DNA from: a virus
Taxonomy: Duplodnaviria; Caudoviricetes
Reading direction: 5' to 3' (one strand)
Virus record (IMG/VR): IMGVR_UViG_3300042922_000549
Span: 1-53,047 of that record
Length of the DNA stretch: 53,047 nucleotides
In this document: positions 17,028 through 25,461 of the stretch, piece by piece
Numbering within the stretch: the first letter of the stretch is position 1
How the letters are laid out: every line of letters begins with the position of its first letter
Program-made: the position numbers and the translations under genes
The notes under the pieces: generated by a model
The model's input: the letters and a program-made list of their open reading frames with translations, nothing else
Databases searched by the model: none
What the model was told of the DNA's origin: nothing

Positions 17028-19717
17028 TATTTTGCCCTCGCAAGCATTGAACTGTTATATTTTACCACTCTGTTTAAATATGTTTGTTTATCAAATTCTA
17101 AAGCACCAACTTCAAGTAATTTACTAATAGTACCTTTTGTAACTGCTCTACATTTACACCTTTCTACAAAGTCATCATAACTTGTGAAATGTCCATTTTC
17201 TTTCCTCTCATTTAATATAAATTCAGCAGCCTTTTGCCCTACACCTTTTACTGTACAAACCCCTTGCTGAATTACATTCTCTCCGTCAAACTTTCTTACC
17301 GAAGTCTCAGCAGAATAATTAACATGAGGTAAAAATACAACTATTCCATTTTTGACTGCTCCAATTGTAAATTTAAAGATATCACTATCACTTCCAGCAT
17401 ATTTAATCTTTGTATACCAATATATAGTAGAATGGTATATTTTGTAATACATTTCCTCAAATGAAATCATTGTATACCCAACACCATGACCTTTATTGAA
17501 TGAATATACAAGTAACTTTTCAAACAACTCTTTTGCTTCAGATTTTGTAAATCCATTTTTAGAAGCTCCCTCAACAAACATTTTAGAAAGTTCAGCTTTA
17601 TCGCTTTCCATTCTCTTTAAGCCTTCCTCTGTCATGTTAGAACCTTTAAGTATTTTCATTACTCTATCTGAATCTTCCCAACTCATTTTACCTATGTTTA
17701 CACATATCTGCTGAAGTTGTTCTTGATATACTATTGTTCCATATGTTTCTTTAGTATACTCATAATACTTTTCACCACTTGCTTGTGTTAAATTGAATTT
17801 ATTTTCTGCATATTGTTGTGGCATGTCTAAGCTTAATGGCCCCGGTCTATTCATACTACTAGCTGCAACTACATCCTCAAAACAATCAGCTTGAATATTA
17901 ACTAAAATATCTCGTGCAACTCTTTTTTCAAACTGGAATACTCCATCAGTATCACCTTTCCCAAATGCTTCAAGTATTTTTTCATCTTCTAAATGCTCAT
18001 CATCAAAGTCTTTATTTCCAGTTAGCTCTCTTAACTCACTAATGCTTTCCATAGTCTTTAAACCAAGTATATCAAACTTAATTACATTAATTTTCTCTAA
18101 ATCACCTAAATCATAGTTGGTAAATATTTTTCCTTCTTTTGATACTTTTAAGCTTGTATAATTTAGTAGATTACCACCTGTTATTGCAACCCCAGCTGCA
18201 TGAGTTCCAATGTATCGTACTTTTTTAAACAACTTACTAAAATGTATTAAAATATCATCATACATTTTATTGTACATTTTAGCTTCATAATTTCTCATCA
18301 TTGCTTCAGTCTCTAATCGTCCATCAACAACAAATTTATTTACAAAAGTTTTTAATTTCTTTATTTCGTCCTTATCTTCCATTCCACAAACTTTTACTAA
18401 ATCATTTATTAAATTGTCAACTTTATAAAGTCCATAGCTGCATATCTGAGATGCATGCCCTTTATATTTATTAACCAAATATTCAATAACTTCTTCACGT
18501 CTATTTGTTTGAAAGTCCAAGTCAACATCTGGTAATTTCTTTTTATCTTTTCTCAAGAAACGTCTAAAATCAAGCCCAAATTTCAAACTATCAACTTCAG
18601 TTATTCTTAAAGCATATGCAATTTCACTGTTGCAAACTGAACCTCTTCCGGGGCCTATTACTATTCCATTATCTTTTGCCCAGTTTACATAATCAGCTAC
18701 TATTAAGAAGTAATCTGAAAAACCGTGATATTTAATTATACTTAATTCTTCTTTGCAACGTTCAATATACTTCTTTGAGAGTTTTCCTCTTTGCTTTAGT
18801 CCGTTCTTTACTCTTTCTTCCAGTAGCTTATAGCTATCTTTTCCCTCTATAAACTCTGGTAATTCTAAAGGTAATTGGTCCAATATGTCAGCTTCGACCT
18901 TGTCTTCAATTTCCTTTAAATTTTCAATCATTCCATTTGCTTTTCTTTTAGCTGCTTTTACACCTAAATCTTCTCCATGCATTTTAACAAAACGACTAAT
19001 TAACTCTTCATATGTTGGCATATACCTATCTCCATAAGTAGCCTCAATGTCCATTCCATCATGTTTTGCAATTTCATGCATTTTCATATAAGTATCAAAA
19101 TCATCTTTTGACCCATAATGGCTATCTGAAGTTAAAATACACTTTACATCGTTCTCAAAAGCTAAGTCCATTAAATCAACATTAACTTTCTCTTGTAGCC
19201 CTTTTTCACTTATAGTATAAGGTTGTATTTCAATGTAAAAGTCTTCATCAAATATATCTTTAAATTCTTTAATCATTTTGTCAGCAGCTTTAATATTACC
19301 TTTTGCTATCGCTTGAGATATATATCCACCAATACATGCTGAAGTACATATAACACCTTCAGAATATTCTTTTAATTCCTTTAATGTTATTATGGGATTA
19401 TAATATTTTTGTTGTTCACCAATATACATCATTTTATTTATATTCTCATATCCTTTTAAATCTTTAGCATATAAACATAAATGGTATCTTGGCTTTTCTT
19501 TGTTGATTGAGGGTTGAAAATATCCCTCAACCCCCATAATTGGCTTTATTCCCTCATCTTTACAAGCTCTATAATGCTGAACTAATCCATTTGTATTACC
19601 ATGGTCCGACAATCCTAAAGCTGTATATCCCAACTCTTTAGCAAGTTTGGCTAATTCTGTAGCTTTACCGAATCCATCAAATGTACTAAATTCTGAATGT
19701 CTATGCAAATCAGGCAT
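17027..19717 (-). CDS. dnaE: DNA polymerase III alpha subunit (family C)
   Basis: PHP motifs DLHRHSEFS/SDHG; GPGRGS, PDVDLDF, HAAGV, KFDILGL, YSFNKGH. Confidence 0.97.
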   Translation of the reverse strand: MPDLHRHSEFSTFDGFGKATELAKLAKELGYTALGLSDHGNTNGLVQHYRACKDEGIKPIMGVEGYFQPSINKEKPRYHLCLYAKDLKGYENINKMMYIGEQQKYYNPIITLKELKEYSEGVICTSACIGGYISQAIAKGNIKAADKMIKEFKDIFDEDFYIEIQPYTISEKGLQEKVNVDLMDLAFENDVKCILTSDSHYGSKDDFDTYMKMHEIAKHDGMDIEATYGDRYMPTYEELISRFVKMHGEDLGVKAAKRKANGMIENLKEIEDKVEADILDQLPLELPEFIEGKDSYKLLEERVKNGLKQRGKLSKKYIERCKEELSIIKYHGFSDYFLIVADYVNWAKDNGIVIGPGRGSVCNSEIAYALRITEVDSLKFGLDFRRFLRKDKKKLPDVDLDFQTNRREEVIEYLVNKYKGHASQICSYGLYKVDNLINDLVKVCGMEDKDEIKKLKTFVNKFVVDGRLETEAMMRNYEAKMYNKMYDDILIHFSKLFKKVRYIGTHAAGVAITGGNLLNYTSLKVSKEGKIFTNYDLGDLEKINVIKFDILGLKTMESISELRELTGNKDFDDEHLEDEKILEAFGKGDTDGVFQFEKRVARDILVNIQADCFEDVVAASSMNRPGPLSLDMPQQYAENKFNLTQASGEKYYEYTKETYGTIVYQEQLQQICVNIGKMSWEDSDRVMKILKGSNMTEEGLKRMESDKAELSKMFVEGASKNGFTKSEAKELFEKLLVYSFNKGHGVGYTMISFEEMYYKIYHSTIYWYTKIKYAGSDSDIFKFTIGAVKNGIVVFLPHVNYSAETSVRKFDGENVIQQGVCTVKGVGQKAAEFILNERKENGHFTSYDDFVERCKCRAVTKGTISKLLEVGALEFDKQTYLNRVVKYNSSMLARAK

Positions 19718-20617
19718 TTATTTCACCCACTTTGTCGTGAATTTATTTGCCCATTCTGGGACACTCAAGTACCTTGAATTATTATCAAAATTTGATTTAT
19801 AAGTATACTCATTACGAATAATATTAAGAAATTCATCAATTGGTCCTAATGGTTTAAACGGGAATTGCACAGCAGTATTAACCATATACTCATACTCATT
19901 AGCAGCTCTTCTCCATTGCTCTAAATTACATTTATTCTCAACATAAACAGGCTCACAGAATCTGCTCATTAAATCCAATAAAGAATAATGTTCTTCATAA
20001 ACATGTAAGCTTGATGGAACATGCCTATAATATCCAACATCTATACCAATCTCATTTGCAATTACTTCCTGCAAATTTGTGAATATGTAAATATCATAAG
20101 GAGTACCCCAAATTATGTCATTACTTCTCATATAAGTTATCATATTAAGCTTGTTATTTCTTATCATAAAATGCAAGCTTAAAGTACAAGGAGTATCTTT
20201 ACCTTGATAGTAACAATCCTGCTCATTCTCATAAATACTCAAAACAGCTTGTCTACTATCTTTATCATTTAAAAGCTTGTATACAACTGAATTAATATTA
20301 TCAGCAATTCTTCTACCATAATTACCATGAAAATATATCCCATCATCCGAGAATTGACTTACATTCTTATTAAACTCTTTAAAGTATCTAACATCATCAT
20401 TTTTACTTACTAACATTAAGCTTTCAACAACTGCATAAACTATACTGAATTTTCTAGCATGCTCAAAAGCTAATCTGCCTCTTGGATTCTCAATATGTAT
20501 TACCGGAGTTATAATTTCTCTCGTCTCTTTTCCTCTAGGTCTTACTATCTCTCCATTAGCTAATAATTCTTTTCCTAGCAAATGATACATTTCCGCTATG
20601 TTTTCTACTTTATACAT
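19718..20617 (-). CDS. thymidylate-synthase homolog, predicted dCMP hydroxymethylase
   Basis: DSRQA, KDTPCT, MRSNDIIWGTPYD (Asp at the specificity position), SLHVY. Confidence 0.8.
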   Translation of the reverse strand: MYKVENIAEMYHLLGKELLANGEIVRPRGKETREIITPVIHIENPRGRLAFEHARKFSIVYAVVESLMLVSKNDDVRYFKEFNKNVSQFSDDGIYFHGNYGRRIADNINSVVYKLLNDKDSRQAVLSIYENEQDCYYQGKDTPCTLSLHFMIRNNKLNMITYMRSNDIIWGTPYDIYIFTNLQEVIANEIGIDVGYYRHVPSSLHVYEEHYSLLDLMSRFCEPVYVENKCNLEQWRRAANEYEYMVNTAVQFPFKPLGPIDEFLNIIRNEYTYKSNFDNNSRYLSVPEWANKFTTKWVK

Positions 20618-21464
20618 TTAAAATCAACTCCTTAAACTTTGGTCTATTTTCTTTTATTATTTTCCTTTGTTCTTCTATGAAGTTTATTCTTTCATTTTCT
20701 TCAATTACATTCACATAATATAAAACATCTTTGTAACTATATGTTCTAACCATATGATTAAAATGATTAAATTTGTCATATTCATAATCTGAAAGTGGTA
20801 AATTATAGTTTGATATTGCCTCAACATATCTTGAAGTTGCCCATCCAATATCCCTATATTCTTTCCTTACTATCATTAAATTAAATCTAAACAGCTTGGA
20901 CAATTGAATGTAACTTGGATAATCCAATCTAACATCTTCAAGTTCTTGGTCAGTTGCTACATCTGGATAAAATTTGTATAAGGAGAATATTTTCTCATTG
21001 AATTGCTTTTTATCTTTGTTTAGTATGTACTTCTCAAACTTGTCTTCTCTATGTAAGTTATTCCCACCAAATATAGCCATATTCATTTGATAACTTGGCT
21101 TTTTATCCTCTTTAAAAAATAACTCTGGCATATAACCATAAGCTTGTTTTACTGGAATAAAATCTAAATTAACTATTGACTGATGCAAAACTAAATCACA
21201 TTTATCAATTATGTCTGCACAAGGCTTAAACACTGAAAAATCAGTGGCAATAAATATTTTCTTAAACCCTTTACAAACACCAAACAATAGTTCTAAGTTA
21301 CACACATCTCTTTGATTAGGAATACCCCCAATAATAATTAAAGTTTTATCTAAGTCCATTCTATGACCTTCAAGCTCAGTCTTTATTAAATTGTACTCAT
21401 ACATACCTGAGTTCTTGTCCACAGTTCCTTCATATAAACTTTTTCCTATTTTATATATTTCCAT
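20610..21464 (-). CDS. T4 beta-glucosyltransferase-like DNA glycosyltransferase
   Basis: IFIATD, IFGG...REDK, TSRYVEA...DYEYD are collinear with T4 BGT motifs (recalled, not aligned computationally). Confidence 0.7.
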   Translation of the reverse strand: MEIYKIGKSLYEGTVDKNSGMYEYNLIKTELEGHRMDLDKTLIIIGGIPNQRDVCNLELLFGVCKGFKKIFIATDFSVFKPCADIIDKCDLVLHQSIVNLDFIPVKQAYGYMPELFFKEDKKPSYQMNMAIFGGNNLHREDKFEKYILNKDKKQFNEKIFSLYKFYPDVATDQELEDVRLDYPSYIQLSKLFRFNLMIVRKEYRDIGWATSRYVEAISNYNLPLSDYEYDKFNHFNHMVRTYSYKDVLYYVNVIEENERINFIEEQRKIIKENRPKFKELILNV

Positions 21465-21949
21465 TACATACCTCCGTATACTATTTTTCTCACTTCTTCT
21501 GTTATTGAATCAAAATCTTCGTACATTATTCTAAACTTATTTTTAATTTTTGAACGTCTGTAAAATGTGTCCATTAATATTGAATGCAACTTTAAATCTT
21601 TTCCATGTTCCTTACTTGACCTTTCAATATAAACTGGAGTTACTAAAATAAGTATACAATCCATCTTACTTAACTGCTCATCAACATTAAACATTTCCAT
21701 ATTACAATATTCTCTTTCACAAAAGCCGTATACATATTCAGTTAAATGAAGTCTATCTGAAATAAAATCATTATTAAAACATTCCTGCATATTTACTAAT
21801 GTTTTTACTTTTTCAGTGTATACTTCTTTTAGTCCACTTGAATAATGTACCGGATTGTCCTTGAATATTTTAATCCCAAGCTCTTTGCTAAGTTTATTGC
21901 AGAGGGTGGTTTTACCCACCCTATCTATTCCCTCTACTATTATTATCAT
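21464..21949 (-). CDS. dNMP (thymidylate-kinase-like) kinase
   Basis: IIIVEGIDRVGKTT P-loop; DRLHLTEYVYG. Confidence 0.85.
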   Translation of the reverse strand: MIIIVEGIDRVGKTTLCNKLSKELGIKIFKDNPVHYSSGLKEVYTEKVKTLVNMQECFNNDFISDRLHLTEYVYGFCEREYCNMEMFNVDEQLSKMDCILILVTPVYIERSSKEHGKDLKLHSILMDTFYRRSKIKNKFRIMYEDFDSITEEVRKIVYGGM

Positions 21950-22328
21950 ATTCTAATGCCAGCCTTCCAAAATTTATTTGAATTTTATCAAGAACAGCCT
22001 GTACTATTTCATCTTTTGTAAAGCCAGAATATATAGCAATATTTAAAACAGTTATAAAAACATCAGCATACTCATTCAATTTTTCATCTCTGTCATAAAT
22101 ATTTTTCCTTAAACTTTTCCAACGTTTATCTGTCTTTAATAATTCTCCTAACTCCTCAATTAGTAAAGTAACTGATTTTTGATATTCATTTGGAACATCA
22201 GCAGGTAATTTTTTATCACAGATTAAACTCTCTTGAAATAGAACTTGGCTTTCAAATATATTTCTTAATTCATCTTTAAAACAGTCTTCAGATGAAATTT
22301 TACCACTCATTATCTTCATCCTCTTCAT
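21921..22328 (-). CDS. all-alpha NTP pyrophosphohydrolase (dimeric dUTPase/dCTPase/MazG-like)
   Basis: IEELGEL...KRWK...NEYADV...KIQIN. Confidence 0.75.
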   Translation of the reverse strand: MKRMKIMSGKISSEDCFKDELRNIFESQVLFQESLICDKKLPADVPNEYQKSVTLLIEELGELLKTDKRWKSLRKNIYDRDEKLNEYADVFITVLNIAIYSGFTKDEIVQAVLDKIQINFGRLALEYDNNSRGNR

Positions 22329-23151
22329 CTTCGTCTATTTCATCTTCAAGGTCAGCCTCTTCCAAAAGGTCTATATAATAATTAGCTTTTTTACCAGATT
22401 TACATTTTATTTTTCTCTTCTGACAAAGCTTGTACAATTCTTTAGCACTCATTTCTTCATACTCTTCTTCATCTTCGTCCTCATCATCAATGTCATCTTC
22501 ATCTATTTCGTCTTCATCATCTTCATCTTCGTCTTTCTTTTTGCCCTTTTTATTACCTGCCTTTTTAGAAGATTTGTCAGCCTTTTTACCTTTTTTCTTT
22601 TTTGGCTCATCATCATCTTCTTCATCAAAGTCAACATCTTCCTCTAATGGGAATGCCTTCTCTAATAATTTAAGTATTGCTTTCTTCGTAGGAATTTTTG
22701 CATCCTTATTTCTGAATTTTGCTTTATCCATAGCAATAACAGTGTAAGATGTGTTTTGCTGCTTTCCTTGCTTACCTATTACATAGTCTCTGTCAAGTAT
22801 AGTTCCATATGCTTCATATAGTCCAATAAGAGCTGGAACTGGAGTACAATTATTTACAGCAAATATAAATAATTTAACTTCCTTTGCATCATAATCCCAA
22901 ACTGGCCAGCAGTATAATTTTCTTGTTCTTAGCCCTTCTTCCTCACATAAAGGACAATCTTTTCCTAATTCTTCTAAGCAAATAGCATTTATTCCATCAT
23001 TAAAGCTATCATGAAAAGTTAATTCCAAACCTTCTTCAAAGTCAAGCAAAAATCTAACCCTTCCTTTTCCTCCTTCTTTAACATAGAATATTTTCTTTTT
23101 ACTACCACCTGCTTTATTGATTTGATTTTTCATATTGTTTAGTAAACTCAT
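22300..23151 (-). CDS. single-stranded DNA-binding protein (gp32-like) with charged tail and HeH-like module
   Basis: RVRFL, H...C...CPLC, DYVIGKQG...TSY; acidic C-terminus ending in Trp. Confidence 0.75.
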   Translation of the reverse strand: MSLLNNMKNQINKAGGSKKKIFYVKEGGKGRVRFLLDFEEGLELTFHDSFNDGINAICLEELGKDCPLCEEEGLRTRKLYCWPVWDYDAKEVKLFIFAVNNCTPVPALIGLYEAYGTILDRDYVIGKQGKQQNTSYTVIAMDKAKFRNKDAKIPTKKAILKLLEKAFPLEEDVDFDEEDDDEPKKKKGKKADKSSKKAGNKKGKKKDEDEDDEDEIDEDDIDDEDEDEEEYEEMSAKELYKLCQKRKIKCKSGKKANYYIDLLEEADLEDEIDEDEEDEDNEW

Positions 23152-24089
23152 TTCATCTTCCTCCTAAGATTAACCGTTTTTTGTTTTGCTTTTTCAAATT
23201 GTTTTATATTCATTTCCCCAATGTCTTTTATATTTTTGGGGTATTGAAATCGAATAACATTAAAATACTGCTTTAAAACTATTGTTCCTTTTTTTCCACA
23301 TTTATCATTATCCAAAGCTGATATAATTGTTGTAACCCCTTGGTCTTTTAATTTTTGCACTTGCTCTGAAGTTATTTTCCAACCAAGTAAAGCACCAACA
23401 TATTTAACTCCAAGTTGTTTTGCTTTTAAATAATCCATATATCCTTCTACAATCATTACAGTGGAACAATCATACTTTCCAACAATAGTATTTCTGCGAC
23501 TAAAACCTTTATTATACAAGTATTTCCTTTTCTCTTGTATTTTTAAGTCCATAGTTCTACATACATACCCTTTAAATTTACCCATATCATTCATTGGAAA
23601 AATAACAGGATACGAAGTGTTAAAAGTTACTTTGCATTTTGCTTTATTTAATGAATCTAAGCTAAAACCTCTGTCTTGCAAATATTGCTTTTCTTTTTGT
23701 ATGTAATCATAATCTTTTTCCCAGTCAATTGTCTTTAAATTAAAATAGTAATCTTTTGCTTCAATCAAATATTGTTTTTGCTTTTTCTTCATTTCTTTAG
23801 GACTTACTTGAACATATTCAAATTTGCCTTTAATACTAGAATCTTTTAGTATTTTATACAATAGTTTATATGCTTCAAAATCGTCTATATTTTCTGTCTT
23901 TTTTATAAAGTCTTTTGCTTCTGTACCACTTTGGCAACCAAAACACCACCAACGTCCTTGCTCTAAATCAATTAGTAAGCTTTCATTTTTATCCTCATGA
24001 AATGGACAAAGCATTTTAAATTTACTACTTGTGACTGGTATATTATAGTAATTTAAAACTTTTTCAAGTTGCAAACTTTTGTTTTCCAC
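23148..24089 (-). CDS. DNA primase (CHC2 zinc finger + TOPRIM)
   Basis: CPFHED...WCFGC; VEGYMD; ALDNDKCG. Confidence 0.92.
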   Translation of the reverse strand: MENKSLQLEKVLNYYNIPVTSSKFKMLCPFHEDKNESLLIDLEQGRWWCFGCQSGTEAKDFIKKTENIDDFEAYKLLYKILKDSSIKGKFEYVQVSPKEMKKKQKQYLIEAKDYYFNLKTIDWEKDYDYIQKEKQYLQDRGFSLDSLNKAKCKVTFNTSYPVIFPMNDMGKFKGYVCRTMDLKIQEKRKYLYNKGFSRRNTIVGKYDCSTVMIVEGYMDYLKAKQLGVKYVGALLGWKITSEQVQKLKDQGVTTIISALDNDKCGKKGTIVLKQYFNVIRFQYPKNIKDIGEMNIKQFEKAKQKTVNLRRKMK

Positions 24090-24096
24090 ATATAAT

Positions 24097-24588
24097 TTAC
24101 TCCTTTAGTTTATCAAACCTTAAATATTCTGACTGTGTCATTGTATAACTTCCTTTTAAGTCTTTTGTTCCAATTAAGTCTTGCTTAGCTAAAATTTCCA
24201 GCTTAGGCTTGTCCACTTTCTTATTAACAAAAATAAGTTTCCTAATGTCCTTAAGTTTAATACCATACTTCTTAAGCACATTTTGGAAACTTATAAAATC
24301 CGTAATAACATATTCTTTTTTAATAAATTGAGAAGTTAAGTCTTTGTCCAACTTTTCATCTAACATATAAGCATCATAATCAATAGTTGTCTTACTTATT
24401 AACTTAACTTTATATTTATCTCCGTAGAAATTGTTATCTTCTGTGCCTTGCGTATTTTCTTTTTTCTTAAGTTCATTTAGCAAAGTTTGAGTGTTTATTT
24501 CAACCATTTTAGTTAATCTTTCAATTTCTTCTTTTTGCTCACCAATAGTATTAATTAAGTGAGTAATGTTACTTTTCTTCTTGGCCAT
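24097..24588 (-). CDS. hypothetical protein
   Basis: 163-aa ORF with GAGG RBS. Confidence 0.75.
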   Translation of the reverse strand: MAKKKSNITHLINTIGEQKEEIERLTKMVEINTQTLLNELKKKENTQGTEDNNFYGDKYKVKLISKTTIDYDAYMLDEKLDKDLTSQFIKKEYVITDFISFQNVLKKYGIKLKDIRKLIFVNKKVDKPKLEILAKQDLIGTKDLKGSYTMTQSEYLRFDKLKE

Positions 24589-25102
24589 TCGTAATACCTC
24601 TTAATTGTTCAAATATGAACTTTGGCCAACGTCTTCCAGTCTTATACCACTTAACATCTTTTCTACCTATAACTAAGCTTGTGCCTCTAATTGTTTGAAT
24701 AATGAAGTTATTTTCTTCTCCAGCATCAGCAACAATTTTTATTATTTTACCGGATATTAATCTGTCCTCATGTTTGAAAGCCACTATTGTTCCAACTTCT
24801 ACATTTTTACCATAATCTTCTGTTGTTCTCTTTTGCATTTCCATTTTGTCCTTTTCCTCCTCAGTTGCAATTTCTAAATCAAGAATAGCTTTAATTAAAT
24901 CTTCTTTTCTCATGTCCCAACAGCCTGAAATTCCATAAGACTTAGCTGCCTCTCTTAACTCCGTAACTTTAAAATTTCGTCTTAAATTTTCTTCCCATAT
25001 TACTCTGTCATAACTTTTAAAATCCTTAACTTTATGCCTTGCTGTGTAAACCACACTTTGTATAACTTTTAATTCTACTCCCATTTCTTTGTCCTCCAAC
25101 AT
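24569..25102 (-). CDS. hypothetical protein with Rho_N/HeH-like module
   Basis: KVTELREAAKSYGISGCWDMRKEDLIKAI. Confidence 0.7.
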   Translation of the reverse strand: MLEDKEMGVELKVIQSVVYTARHKVKDFKSYDRVIWEENLRRNFKVTELREAAKSYGISGCWDMRKEDLIKAILDLEIATEEEKDKMEMQKRTTEDYGKNVEVGTIVAFKHEDRLISGKIIKIVADAGEENNFIIQTIRGTSLVIGRKDVKWYKTGRRWPKFIFEQLRGITNGQEEK

Positions 25103-25169
25103 AAATTTATTTTTATAAATGAAGTAAAGGACCCCATTGAGACCCTTTACCTATGAACTTAACTAAGCA

Positions 25170-25373
25170 TTATAAATTTTTATTTATTTTTTCAATTTCA
25201 TTTATTATAAAATCTTCGACTAAATATCTATAACTCATTTCTCTGTTTCCAATAATTCCTGTACATTCATGTTCTAAACTTCCAGCATCTTTTATATCAA
25301 GTTCATATTTTTTACTTCTAAGAACTACTACTGCTTTAATTAATGCCTTTTCTTCTTTACTTATTTTTACCAT
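25170..25373 (-). CDS. hypothetical protein
   Basis: 67-aa ORF with its own promoter and CGGAGG RBS. Confidence 0.7.
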   Translation of the reverse strand: MVKISKEEKALIKAVVVLRSKKYELDIKDAGSLEHECTGIIGNREMSYRYLVEDFIINEIEKINKNL

Positions 25374-25413
25374 TTTCCATTCCTCCGAACGATTTATTTT
25401 TTAATCTTGATTT

Positions 25414-25442
25414 ATTATACATCATAACTTTTTGTTTGTAAA
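25414..25442 (-). promoter_or_regulatory. sigmaA-type promoter heading the replication operon
   Basis: TTTACA-N17-TATAAT. Confidence 0.75.
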
Positions 25443-25461
25443 CAACTTTTTTAAAAAATTT

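Noticed and set aside
17027-19717. Intein or intron in DnaE, terminase or RecA
   Set aside because: ORFs are continuous and of compact length, with no intein or homing-endonuclease motifs seen
19718-20617. Ordinary thymidylate synthase (thyA) or dUMP hydroxymethylase
   Set aside because: Asp rather than Asn at the specificity position, and the glycosyltransferase/kinase context favours dCMP
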